DNA from: an uncultured archaeon
Lineage (GTDB): Archaea > Thermoproteota > EX4484-205 > JAAOZP01
Direction of reading: 5' to 3'
NCBI GenBank assembly: GCA_938045545.1
Contig: CALIBN010000007.1
Location: 64,001-128,000 of the forward strand
DNA: 64,000 nt
Position 1 is the stretch's first letter; every line of letters starts with the position of its first letter. The notes under the pieces are model-generated. The model worked only from the letters and a program-made list of their open reading frames with translations. It searched no databases and was not told the origin of the DNA. A program made the position numbers and the translations under genes. Of the stretch, positions 40,297 through 50,668 are shown in pieces.

Positions 40297-41955
40297 ATGA
40301 ATACTTCTGAACTCTGACAGCTGTCGAAAAAGGTTTACAGGGAGATAGTTTTCCAATCGTTCTTCTCACTCCGCGTAGGCGGGACCCTGCCTCAAACGGG
40401 TGACGTTGAGAAAAACATTGCGAAACTAGTCAGTAGTGCCGAGGTTAACGCTACCTTCAGTAAGCTCATGATGGCTTTTTTCATAGGTGTAATAGGTGTT
40501 TTCACTTTCTTCTCAGGCGTTCTGCTTGAAATGGACAGGGAGCTTGCTGCCGCATGCGGTGTTTCATCAATGCTCAGCATAGTCCTCTTCATGATAGTTT
40601 TCATGGGGTTACAGGTTGCGACATCCTTTGTCTCCTCCAGGGTTGCAGAGTTCCTCATCCCCCTACCAGTTTCAAGCGGGGATGTTTCAAAAATCCTCCT
40701 AATGTGCTTCATAAGGATCTTCGACATTCCATTAATAGCGGCGGTCTTTATACTCCCAATAGCATACGGGGTCTCATACGGCTCTATCTCGGGTGCTTTA
40801 ACCGTCCTTCTTAGCGTCGTAACTACGGAGATATTCGCATTGACTATAGCTGTTTTCCTAGCCCTATCCTTCTACTCTAAAGTGGTTAAGGGAGGAGGAG
40901 GCTCAGCGTTGAGAACCCTCATGAGGCTCTTCTACATGCTGGTCTGGATTATTCCGATGTTTCTCATGTACGCGGTCACGAGTTTCGCGATGCAGATGGT
41001 TAACCTGATGAAAACCCTTACTCGGAGCCTCTCTCACCTGCTTACATTGCTATACCCTTTTTCACTCGGCTTCTTAGCTTCATTAGCTACCTTCTTTAAA
41101 ATCGATGACCCTAGTATTGCTGCCCTATCAGTAGGCTCCTCGCTTCTCTACCTCGCCCTGGCAACATACTCTTTCAAATGGCTTGTCAAGAGGGTGGTTG
41201 GGATAGGCTTTGGAAGTGTTGCCGCAGGCAGTAGGGTGGAGGTTAAAGAAGTCTCCATAAATCCTGGGCCACCTTGGCTCGGGGTTCTTAAGAAGGATCT
41301 TAGGATCGCTTCAAGGTCTCCCTCCTACTTCAGCATACTTATAATGCCGGTTATACAGGTCATAATTTTCAGCTTCTCCTTCAGCTCCCTATATTCAGAT
41401 GTGAGCGGCGCTCCAGCGGAGCTCCTATCTTCCATGCTTCTGCCCCTATTCATGTTCATGGTTTCTTTACTTATAATACTATTACTTCCTCCCATGCTTC
41501 TAAACACTGAGAGCATTGCTTATTCCTACGTTGGAAGCCTGCCTTTAAGAAGCAGGACGCTGATTCTTGCTAAGACAATCCTAACGTCAATCGTATACCT
41601 GCTTTCGCTCCTCGTATCGTTGACGATAACTATGTTAAGAGCACCAGGACTCATACGCATATTCGCGCTTTTCGGAGGTGTTTCCACCTTCTCCGCCGCT
41701 GCTTCAATAATGTTTGAAACCCTTCTGATCTCAAGAATACTTGGGCAAACCGTCTCATCGGGAAACCTTTATTCAAAATTCCACTATTATATTCTCCCAT
41801 TGATACTGGGCTTCATGGTTGCAATGGTTCCAACCCTAGTATACTTCATGACACTGCTTCTAACAGCTTCCTTTGTTCTAGGCATAATCTGTTTAACAGC
41901 TACCTCGATCCTGGAGTTTTTAATCGCAGTTCTGCTTCTAGTTAGAAAGGGATAG
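40297..41955 (+). pseudogene. Archaeal ABC-2-like 12-TM permease with a premature TGA at codon 7 (40315-40317)
   Basis: ATG 40297 is in frame with ORF 40468-41955 (MNTSEL*QLSKKVYREIVFQS...). Motifs FLIPLPVS, KKDLRIASR and SLPL..LILAK. Confidence 0.65.
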
Positions 41956-41956
41956 T

Positions 41957-41972
41957 CGAAAAACTTAAATAG
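41957..41972 (+). promoter_or_regulatory. BRE/TATA promoter of cassette 2 gene A
   Basis: CGAAAAACTTAAATAG, about 25-30 nt upstream of ATG 41994. Confidence 0.55.
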
Positions 41973-41993
41973 ATGACTTTTACATAGATAAAG

Positions 41994-44090
41994 ATGGTGA
42001 AAGGCATGAGTGAGGAAAAAGAATTCCTCCTCGGCAAATTTTTGAAGTCTCGAGGATTCATAGTTGGCCTAGTAATCTCCATAGTGATGATGCTAATACA
42101 GCTTTCAATAGACTGGACCAACGTTAATCTGACGCTGTGGGGTATGAATGCTGGCGCATTTCTAGTCCTATTTGTGCTGGCAATACTTGGCTACTTTCTC
42201 AGTTCCCTGAGGCTCAGGGCAGACGAATACGCTATCGTTTTCGCCATGGTGACGGTGAGCCTTGGCTTCGCCTGGTCTGTAGCCGTACCATTTTCAATAT
42301 CGATTTTCAACACAGCTTGGGAAAAACAATGGTGGTACATGGGATACTGGGTGTCCACAATACCGGGAGCCCTGGAGATGAGCCCCCTTTTCGGAGTAAA
42401 GGACGCAGAGGCGGCTTTAGCTGCTTTCACCGGGGGAACCTCTGTTCCTTGGGCGGCTTGGGCGCCTGCGTTAGGCTACTGGATCGTCTTCACGATAGTC
42501 TTGGTAGTATTCATGATTTCAATGGGGATGATACTTCGGAAACTATGGATAGACATTGAGAAACTTCCGTTCCCATATTTGAACATTACTAATGAGCTTA
42601 TCAATTTGGGTCTTGGCGTAACCGAGAAGCCCCGCGTGAAAAAGATACTGATAGGCATACTCATAGGCTTTCTACTAATGCTCGGGAACCTAATAGATGC
42701 CTTGGCACCCGGGAGAGGATGGAACCTGTGGCAGACCTACCACATTGAAGCCTTGGAGGTCGCATTGCCCAATTCAAGCTGGTTCTTCAGCGTTTCACCA
42801 TCTCAGCTAAGCTTATGGTATCTCGCACCGCTGGATGTTCTCTTCACCGCCGTAATCGCCTGGTTTATATTCGCAGACATTATTCCAGCCATATCAGCTT
42901 GGGCAGGATACGCGGCGCTGCAGGCACCTTGGGGAAGCTCCGGGGGAGCATGGCACAACATGGCTTCAGGCGCTATCGCACCTGTTTCCGGCGGTATGAT
43001 CGGATGGGGCGCGATGATCGGCTTAGGCCTCTGGCTTCTCGTCTACGCAAGGAAATACATTGTTTCCACGCTTAAAAACGCGTTTGGCAAGAAGGTGCTG
43101 GACGAGTCTAACGAGCCGTTCTCGTACAGAACTCTCTGGCTGGCCTTCATAGTTTCAATCGTGCTGCTCATAGTGCTCATGGTCGCCGTCTACATTCCAG
43201 TCTGGGCAGCAGGTATAATCGTAGTATATACTTGTCTCCAGTATGTTGCGACATCCAGGATCCGTGGTGAAAGCATAGCGAAGGGTGACATTCCCTGGGA
43301 ATCACAGGAGGTTTTGGCCACGCTATTGTCTCAAGCAGGCCTCTACTCGCTCGTCGGACCCCAAGCATCGGCAGCGTCTCAAGCTGCATACGGGCCAGGT
43401 GCCTACACGGCTTGGAACATGGGTTACGTGGTGACTGGGCACTACACGTGGTACTGGGGCGGCGCGGGCACGCCTCAGAGCGCTCAGCTTGAAGCCTTCA
43501 AATTGGCGACTTTAACCAAAACACATAACAGGGCTATGGCTATTTCAACCATTGTGGCCATGGTCCTCGCTGTCCTCATATGTCTCCCGCTGTGGCTGGT
43601 CTTCACGTACATGATTGGGATTGACAAGGGCTTCGGGCATGGCGGCACCCTCTACAGCCAGTGGGTCAGCCCAGCATGGTGGAGTCAAGAAGCCATTTTT
43701 AACGCTGCTTTTAACCAAGCTCAAGGCTGTTCCTGGTTTAACTGGAACAAGGACCTGCTGGGACTTGAGCTGGCGAACTGGGCTGCAGGCTTCTTCCTCG
43801 CCGGAGTTCTTCTCTGGGCTAGGGTTGCATTCGCCCGGTTTCCATTGAATCCGGTGGGTCTCATCATAGGCTTGTGCCAGCCTGCACACTGGCTTTGGGG
43901 CTACCTTCTTGTCGCATGGGTTTTGAAGTTTATAACGTTTAGAATAGGCGGCTCAAAGCTCTATGAAGAAAAAGGCGTGCCGCTGGCGATAGGGATATTC
44001 CTAGGCTCATTCATAGTATCCATAATTACCGACATATTCCTGCCGGTTGCACAAGCAGGAATAGAATGGGCTCCTGCTGTTCCAGGTTGA
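41994..44090 (+). CDS. OPT-superfamily-like multi-pass membrane protein (cassette 2, gene A)
   Basis: About 16 TMs. Motifs VPWAAWAPAL, WIDIEKLPFP, YLAPLDVL and LKFITFRIGGSKLYEEKGVPLAIG. Confidence 0.72.
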   Translation: MVKGMSEEKEFLLGKFLKSRGFIVGLVISIVMMLIQLSIDWTNVNLTLWGMNAGAFLVLFVLAILGYFLSSLRLRADEYAIVFAMVTVSLGFAWSVAVPFSISIFNTAWEKQWWYMGYWVSTIPGALEMSPLFGVKDAEAALAAFTGGTSVPWAAWAPALGYWIVFTIVLVVFMISMGMILRKLWIDIEKLPFPYLNITNELINLGLGVTEKPRVKKILIGILIGFLLMLGNLIDALAPGRGWNLWQTYHIEALEVALPNSSWFFSVSPSQLSLWYLAPLDVLFTAVIAWFIFADIIPAISAWAGYAALQAPWGSSGGAWHNMASGAIAPVSGGMIGWGAMIGLGLWLLVYARKYIVSTLKNAFGKKVLDESNEPFSYRTLWLAFIVSIVLLIVLMVAVYIPVWAAGIIVVYTCLQYVATSRIRGESIAKGDIPWESQEVLATLLSQAGLYSLVGPQASAASQAAYGPGAYTAWNMGYVVTGHYTWYWGGAGTPQSAQLEAFKLATLTKTHNRAMAISTIVAMVLAVLICLPLWLVFTYMIGIDKGFGHGGTLYSQWVSPAWWSQEAIFNAAFNQAQGCSWFNWNKDLLGLELANWAAGFFLAGVLLWARVAFARFPLNPVGLIIGLCQPAHWLWGYLLVAWVLKFITFRIGGSKLYEEKGVPLAIGIFLGSFIVSIITDIFLPVAQAGIEWAPAVPG

Positions 44091-44093
44091 TAT

Positions 44094-44121
44094 TTCCCCC
44101 TTTTTTCTATACTTTTTTAAA
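44094..44121 (+). terminator. Oligo-T terminator after gene A; the second T-run may also be the TATA box of gene B
   Basis: ttcccccTTTTTTctatacTTTTTTaaa directly after the stop codon. RBS AGGTGA at 44137-44142. Confidence 0.5.
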
Positions 44122-44149
44122 CAGGATTAGGCATGAAGGTGAGTAGGGA

Positions 44150-47100
44150 ATGCCTCTGCAGAGAAAAATCCTGCTTCGAAGAATATTGAGAGTAAAGCTT
44201 AATCAGCTGCCGATTATCTTCTTCTTATGCTCAACGATCGTTTTTAACGCTGTTTATAAAGTGGAGGCAGACGGCCTGCAGGCCTTTAAAAATGGCGATA
44301 TTTTAAACACCATTAACGTAGACGCTATTCGCGGGCACGTAAAGTATCTATCCGGCCTAGGATGCAGGACTCCCGGTCACCCGGGCTATGAAGCCGCTGC
44401 GAAGTACATCTATGAAAACTTCGTGAAAACTGGTCTTAAACCGGGTCCTTACGGTTACTTTGAAAACTTCACGGTTCTAGTCCCCGTGGTTCACGAGGCA
44501 AGGGTTCAAGTATTATCCCCGTTCCAGTTTACTCTTGACAATGTTTTAACAATGTACCCGATGGGTCTAAACCCGGGTGTGACTCCCCCGGAGGGTATTG
44601 AGGGGAGGCTGGTCTACGTTGGGAAAGCATCCCTGTCGGAGCTTGATGGAAAAAACCTTAATGACACGATAGTGCTTGTGGACTATGAAAACAGCGGGAA
44701 TTGGATTCGCACGGTGATGTTTGGTGCTAAAGCAGTGCTGTTCGTTGAACCCGAAGCCTATAATAACGTTCAAAGTTCTTTAAACGCTAGGCTTCCGGAT
44801 GCACCTCGATTAGCTTTCAGGGGAGGAGTCAACTACCTAGGCATCCCGCTAAATATTCCTAGGCTTGTGGTTTCAAGAAGGGATGCGGAGAATCTGATCG
44901 ATCTTCAGGCAAGCGGTGAGGTTAAAGTAAGAATTAGGCTGAATGCTTCCTGGGAGGAAAAGCCAGCTTGGAATATTTTAGGCGTAATACCTGGAAGGAG
45001 AGAAGAGGTTGTGATTTTAAGCGCATACTATGATTCACAATCATACGTAGTTGGGATGGCTCCTGGAGCAGATGAGGCCATAGGCATTGCGACGATCATG
45101 GAGCTGGCTTCCTGCTTTAAGGATAATCCCCCGGAGAGAACCGTATGGTTTCTTGCTATAGGCTCTCACTACGGAGGGTTAAAGGGCTCTAGAGATTTTG
45201 TGGAACGGCACTTCGAGGAAACGGGCAAGAAGATCAGCATGTGGATAAACTTCGATCTGGCTTCCGACGTGAGCGATCTAGGAGTGTTCTTCTGCGGGTA
45301 CAACTATTATTTCGAAGCCTCCCTCTTAAGGTATACTTGGCTCCGTGATAGATTATTCGGGTCGCGGTCCGAGGTGAAGAATATCCTGCAGAACCTGGGC
45401 CTCGACATAAATGTTGAAGACGGTTTACGCGTGAGGGAATGGAGAACATACTTGCCAACTAACCTTGCTTTCGACCATGAACCGTATGTTGTGGCGGGAG
45501 GAGTCGGCATAACAGTAGCTACCGCAAATTCTTTCAGAACCTTCCGCTCCACGCCTTCTGACACCTATGAGAATAGTCTCGGCTCTCAGAGAAGGTTTGA
45601 AAACACTAGGAAACAGGTTAGGTTTATTGCAGCCTTAGCATCAAGCCTGATAAACGGTCCTGACTTCGGAAGCAAGGGCATTGGGCCAACGAGGTACGCT
45701 TTACAGCCAAATGCAGGCGGGTTCGTTACTTTAACTGGGAAAGTTGTTACATATGATTATGCGAAGGGATGGTTTAAGGAGGTGCCTCACGCACTGGTTT
45801 CAGTCCGCCTGTCTTATATGGAAGGAGGGTATTCTCCACATTTCTACTCTTTATGTAAAACGGATGAGAACGGCGTTTTTGTGGTTCACGGACTGCCTTC
45901 AGAGACAACCTATACGGGTGCGCAACAGCTGGGCGTGGGAGTTGCTGAGGTCGCGGTTCCAAAAGTTATTGTTGAGGCATTCGTCTTCAACGATAATGGA
46001 AGCATTATGTATGCCCCAGAGCTGTGGCAGCAAAGATCCGACGTATACCCTATTTCTTTCCAGGTTGACAGTGGGCGTATCGGGACCCCGGATGCACCCC
46101 GCTATTTTCCAGTCTTCCCATGCGGCTCAATAGTCTTATTCAACCTTGTTCCGCCGGTAAACCTGCTCGGGAGCATCTCTATTCTAGATTCGCGTGGTCA
46201 CACTCCACCTACTTCCTACGGCTATGTTCGCGACAGCTTCATTGAGGGCGAAGACATAACTATGATATTTGTCCCCGAAGACGTGCCTATTGAGGTTATA
46301 GCCTACAGCCCGGGAATACCTTTTCCCCAGGGAGTTTTGAAAAGTATTACTGAAGAGAATCGCGAGGGGCGAGGCTTCTCGGTTAAACAGGGTGAGACGT
46401 TAATCATCCTAGCCACTCCTTTAAGGCTTGTTAAGGATTTTCATCTTTTGAACAAGTATAGGCTTGACTTGGCGTCAAGCTACTTGGCTGCGAGCGCTCC
46501 CGCCTTAGAGTTCTCCAAAAATACGGGTAGTCTGTTAAACGAGGCTTCAAGATGTTTCTCGGCTGAAGCCAGGTTTAATTATTCTCGCCTCGTTTACGCT
46601 ACTTATGCTGCTTGGCAGAGCGAGATAAACGCTTACATGTTTACTAGGGGCCTAATTTTTGAAATAATTTCGTCAACCCTGTTCTTTTTCATACTTTTAG
46701 TTCCGTTTTCAATACTCTTTGTCGAACTCGTGTTCTCGCCGAGAAGCGGCCTGCAGAGAATATCATATGCGTGCGGGGCCTTCGCGCTTTTTACATTTCT
46801 GCTCTACTGGTTTCACCCTGGTTTCCACTTGGCGACAAACATCTATATAATGCTGGTTGGCATAGCGATCCTGGTTTTCGTCACCCCCGTCATAGGAATA
46901 CTGTGGGGCAGAATATCAGGCTTTATCAAAGCGTTTAGAGAAGAGATAATCGGCAAACATTTCGCCGAGATAAGCCGGTTCGGTGCAGTTCTCATAGCTT
47001 TCTCAATGGGCATATCTAACATGAGGAAGAGAAGGCTGCGGACTACTCTTACGCTTGTAACAATCACGTTGATAGTGTTCTCCCTTATTTCGCTAACATC

Positions 47101-48712
47101 CATATACTTGATATCAATAGTCAGAACCATTCCGAAACCCGGGAAAACCTACTATGACGGAATACTAATAAGTGAATTCAGGTACCTGCCATCATATCTG
47201 GAGGGCCTTCTCAAAACGGAGATAGGAGACGAAGCAGTGATATGTCCAAGAAGCTGGATCTATACTTCCAGCGGCTACGTGTCAGTCTTGGGAGGGCAGG
47301 TTCCGGGGGCGAAGATAAAGGTTACTAAGATCACGGGTAACCTGTCTGAAACGCAATACGTCTTCTCCGCTTTGCTTGCAGTCGTGCCGGAGGACCCTAT
47401 CTTCGAGCAGGGCATTACTCTTCCTGGTTCCTATGGGCTACTCGGTTCTTACACGACCATAATACCGAGGGAGGCTGCAGATGCCTGCGGCTGGAGAATA
47501 GGCGATATAATTTATGTTGGCGAAGCCAATCTGACTATCGTCGGAATATTCGACTCTTCCATTCTCAACAGCCTAGTGGATTTAAACCTGCACAAGGTGA
47601 CGCCCATCAACTGGGGTGTCCAATGGGCAGGCGGCATTCAGCATATTCCCGCCCAATCCGTGCTTATAGTTCCGTACTCGCTTGCAGAAAGGTTAGGCTA
47701 TCCTCCGATGCAGATAGTCGCTAAATTCCGTAATCAAAGCAGGGTTTTCGAATTTGCCCAAAGCCTGTCTAACAGGCTGCCGTTTGTCGTTTACGCTAGC
47801 GCCGGGGGCCAGAGGGCCAATTTCCAGCAGCAAGCATGGTTCTCGCTCAGAGGAATAGAGCACCTTGTTTTCCCGATTGTCATTGCAGCTCTGGCAATCT
47901 TGGATGCGATGCTGGCCAACGTGTATGAACGTGTTAGAGAGATCGGTATTTTTAGCTCACTGGGGCTCTCGCCCCTGCATGTTGCCGGTCTCTTTCTGTC
48001 GGAAGCGTTAGTATATTCTGTTGTTGCTGCAGTCCTAGGGTATGTTGTAGGACTTGTGGGAACTAATATCCTCTATATGTTTCAATTAATGCCGAAGGAC
48101 TTTTACCCTAACTTCTCCTCAACGATCGTAATTTTAACAGTTTCAATATCGATATTAACAACGATAGCGTCCTCCGTCTATCCTGTTATGAAGGCTTCAA
48201 GGCTGGTCACGCCCTCGGTGGAAAGGGTTTGGAGGCTTAAAACCAAGCCTCAGGGCGACGTCTGGGACATACCGTTACCCTTCACCTCCTCGCCTGAGGA
48301 AACCGACGGAATCATAATGTTTTTAGTCGAGTTTTTCAAGGCTTTCACAACGGCTGAGGTGGGCGCCTTTAGAACGGACAATCTCACATTGTCTGAAAAG
48401 GTTGAAGAAGGGGCTGTTGAGAAGATCATAATCGTTGACACCACTCTGCCTCCTTTCGACATGGGGATCTCGCAGAGGGCTGAAATACTGATTCGTAAAG
48501 ATGCTGGCGAAACCAATTTCAAATACGCTCTTCGTCTAAATAGAAAATCCGGTACGCTTTACATGTGGCAGAAAGCAGGATACAGGTTTGTAGACAGTCT
48601 CCGCAAACAACTACTCATTTGGAGGACCCTTCCCGCGGCAGACAAGCTGGAAGTGATTAAGAAAGCCTGCGAAATACGAGAGACATTTAAGGAGGCGAGG
48701 AACCATGAGTAG
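44150..48712 (+). CDS. Large membrane protein: degenerate M28 + PA ectodomain fused to a MacB/FtsX-like permease (cassette 2, gene B)
   Basis: CRTPGHPG, GRLVYVG, SAYYDS...APGADEAIG, SNMRKRRLRTTLT, ERVREIGIFSSLGL, TPSVERVWRLKTKP and DSLRKQLLIW. Confidence 0.8.
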   Translation: MPLQRKILLRRILRVKLNQLPIIFFLCSTIVFNAVYKVEADGLQAFKNGDILNTINVDAIRGHVKYLSGLGCRTPGHPGYEAAAKYIYENFVKTGLKPGPYGYFENFTVLVPVVHEARVQVLSPFQFTLDNVLTMYPMGLNPGVTPPEGIEGRLVYVGKASLSELDGKNLNDTIVLVDYENSGNWIRTVMFGAKAVLFVEPEAYNNVQSSLNARLPDAPRLAFRGGVNYLGIPLNIPRLVVSRRDAENLIDLQASGEVKVRIRLNASWEEKPAWNILGVIPGRREEVVILSAYYDSQSYVVGMAPGADEAIGIATIMELASCFKDNPPERTVWFLAIGSHYGGLKGSRDFVERHFEETGKKISMWINFDLASDVSDLGVFFCGYNYYFEASLLRYTWLRDRLFGSRSEVKNILQNLGLDINVEDGLRVREWRTYLPTNLAFDHEPYVVAGGVGITVATANSFRTFRSTPSDTYENSLGSQRRFENTRKQVRFIAALASSLINGPDFGSKGIGPTRYALQPNAGGFVTLTGKVVTYDYAKGWFKEVPHALVSVRLSYMEGGYSPHFYSLCKTDENGVFVVHGLPSETTYTGAQQLGVGVAEVAVPKVIVEAFVFNDNGSIMYAPELWQQRSDVYPISFQVDSGRIGTPDAPRYFPVFPCGSIVLFNLVPPVNLLGSISILDSRGHTPPTSYGYVRDSFIEGEDITMIFVPEDVPIEVIAYSPGIPFPQGVLKSITEENREGRGFSVKQGETLIILATPLRLVKDFHLLNKYRLDLASSYLAASAPALEFSKNTGSLLNEASRCFSAEARFNYSRLVYATYAAWQSEINAYMFTRGLIFEIISSTLFFFILLVPFSILFVELVFSPRSGLQRISYACGAFALFTFLLYWFHPGFHLATNIYIMLVGIAILVFVTPVIGILWGRISGFIKAFREEIIGKHFAEISRFGAVLIAFSMGISNMRKRRLRTTLTLVTITLIVFSLISLTSIYLISIVRTIPKPGKTYYDGILISEFRYLPSYLEGLLKTEIGDEAVICPRSWIYTSSGYVSVLGGQVPGAKIKVTKITGNLSETQYVFSALLAVVPEDPIFEQGITLPGSYGLLGSYTTIIPREAADACGWRIGDIIYVGEANLTIVGIFDSSILNSLVDLNLHKVTPINWGVQWAGGIQHIPAQSVLIVPYSLAERLGYPPMQIVAKFRNQSRVFEFAQSLSNRLPFVVYASAGGQRANFQQQAWFSLRGIEHLVFPIVIAALAILDAMLANVYERVREIGIFSSLGLSPLHVAGLFLSEALVYSVVAAVLGYVVGLVGTNILYMFQLMPKDFYPNFSSTIVILTVSISILTTIASSVYPVMKASRLVTPSVERVWRLKTKPQGDVWDIPLPFTSSPEETDGIIMFLVEFFKAFTTAEVGAFRTDNLTLSEKVEEGAVEKIIIVDTTLPPFDMGISQRAEILIRKDAGETNFKYALRLNRKSGTLYMWQKAGYRFVDSLRKQLLIWRTLPAADKLEVIKKACEIRETFKEARNHE

Positions 48713-50582
48713 CGTTAAAGGCGTCTCAGGGTTAACCTGGAGGTCCTTCCTAGTGATACTCTATGGCATAGTGGTTCTTTTGCCGGCGGCAATATGGTAC
48801 CAACTTTACAGCGGCGGTAACCTTAGCTCTGGGATCCAGTATACGCTACTATTGTTTGCCGTTGAACTCGGGTTTCTGGCTGGACACCCGTTAAGCAGGC
48901 AAGAGGCATTCCTAATATGGATGATGGGGCATCAAATCTGCTTTGAGGTTGTAAGCATCCAGTGGATATATGCAACCTGGTTTAGAACCAGCCCCTATGC
49001 CTATGGGTTGAACATACCGGATTGGTGGGCTCCTGCTCCAGAGACAAACCTGTTTATCTACAGAACATTTTTCTCACCCAGCTTCATCACACCTATTTTC
49101 ATATCTCTAGTAGGAGGGCTACTTTGGAAACTTGCAGACATGTCTATGGCGTTCATTGCGAAAAGCATGTTCATCGAGGTCGAAGATTTGCCGTTTCCAA
49201 CCGCTCAGGTCGGGGCTGATGCAATTCTGACGCTTTCGGAGAGGACGGATCCTAGGAGAACCCGGATTTTTACACTGTCGGCGGCACTGGGCTTTGTCTA
49301 CGGTCTTCTAGTCTATTTGCCGGCACTAGTGCTGGGTTATACGACGATTCCAATCCCATGGATAGACCTGACTAGCAGAATAGAGCCGTTTCTACCTGGA
49401 GCCTCGTTCGGCGTAGCGACTGATATCATAAGCATCGTGACAGGGTTCATACTTCCGGTGAGAGTAGTCCTAACCCTGTTTGCAAGCGGAATGGCTTTCT
49501 ACTTCTTCGGATGTTTCCTCACCAGTTCCGAATCACCGTTGCCAGCCCTTAGGGGGCTGTTCAGCTATTGGTCTCCAGGCTCCTCTCTTTCAACAATATA
49601 CCAGCATTCGCTTTTCGAGCTCTGGGTAAGCCCAATAATAGGCTTAGCCATAGCTGCGGGGGTCCTCCCAATATTAAGGAACCCTCAAATTTTCATTAAC
49701 TCTCTGAAAAGTCTCTTGAGAATAAGGGTCGGCAAGGGTGTTGACAATTACCCATTATGGTTCCTTCTAGCACTGTTCTTCGGCTCAACCGTTGGGTCGG
49801 TTGCTCTTTTCACCTACCTGATACCTGGTCTCCCAGTAACTTTTATACTGCTGCTTCTTGCTCTTTCCTCAGGATGGTCATTCATATACACTTTAGTGGG
49901 CACAAGATCCTATGGTATAGTTGGTTTTAAGCAGGATGTTCCATATCTTAAGGAGGGAGTATTCCTCGCATACATGGGTGCAACAGGCTTTAACGATACC
50001 AGAATATGGTTCGGCCCACTTATTATCACTACTTTCGGGGCTGATTTTTGCTACTTCATGAAGATCGGTCAACTTTGCAACACGCCTTCAAAGACCATGT
50101 ATAAGACATACTTCCTGGTTTTCCCAATCGTCTGGCTGGTTGGCTTCATCTACGTGTCTGCCTTCTGGAACATCGCGCCAATGCCATCCAACGTTTACCC
50201 TGGTACGAATATTTACTGGCCTATTCAGGCTCGATGGCTCCGCCTGTTCGCTTCAGGGGGTGCGGCTGGCCTGCTCAACCCGCTTCTCGTAGCCGGCTTC
50301 TTCACGATTGGCCTAATTGTTTTCGCCGTCTCCGAGGCGACGCGCCTAGGCATTCCTGTCATAGCTTTGTCTGCAGGCACGGCGCAACCATTACCTTACT
50401 CTGTCTCCCTACTGATAGGGATGATTATTGGAAAACTGGTTGAAAAAAGAATAGGACGAGACTTCTGGTCGCGCTACAGGAATGCGATAGTCGCCGGGAT
50501 TTCCCTGGGGGTTGGCTTAATTATAACGATTAGCGTGGCTATAGGGCTGATTTTGAAAAACATGTGGATACTTCCATACTAG
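48705..50582 (+). CDS. OPT/YSL-superfamily-like transporter (cassette 2, gene C)
   Basis: GLTWRS, LSRQE, FIEVEDLPFP and PWIDLT...LPGASFG. Overlaps gene B by 8 nt. Confidence 0.7.
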   Translation: MSSVKGVSGLTWRSFLVILYGIVVLLPAAIWYQLYSGGNLSSGIQYTLLLFAVELGFLAGHPLSRQEAFLIWMMGHQICFEVVSIQWIYATWFRTSPYAYGLNIPDWWAPAPETNLFIYRTFFSPSFITPIFISLVGGLLWKLADMSMAFIAKSMFIEVEDLPFPTAQVGADAILTLSERTDPRRTRIFTLSAALGFVYGLLVYLPALVLGYTTIPIPWIDLTSRIEPFLPGASFGVATDIISIVTGFILPVRVVLTLFASGMAFYFFGCFLTSSESPLPALRGLFSYWSPGSSLSTIYQHSLFELWVSPIIGLAIAAGVLPILRNPQIFINSLKSLLRIRVGKGVDNYPLWFLLALFFGSTVGSVALFTYLIPGLPVTFILLLLALSSGWSFIYTLVGTRSYGIVGFKQDVPYLKEGVFLAYMGATGFNDTRIWFGPLIITTFGADFCYFMKIGQLCNTPSKTMYKTYFLVFPIVWLVGFIYVSAFWNIAPMPSNVYPGTNIYWPIQARWLRLFASGGAAGLLNPLLVAGFFTIGLIVFAVSEATRLGIPVIALSAGTAQPLPYSVSLLIGMIIGKLVEKRIGRDFWSRYRNAIVAGISLGVGLIITISVAIGLILKNMWILPY

Positions 50583-50668
50583 TTTTCAAGCTATCTTTTT
50601 TCTAGCCAAAACTTTCAGAAAATACTTTTAAGCCAGTTTATCGAATACATCTGCTCGTGGTGTAGACC

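Noticed and set aside
40315-40317. In-frame TGA as selenocysteine, and the TAG at 9401-9403 as pyrrolysine
   Set aside because: Neither codon is at a catalytic position. Both lie in or next to genes with other lesions, and no Sec/Pyl machinery is in the window.
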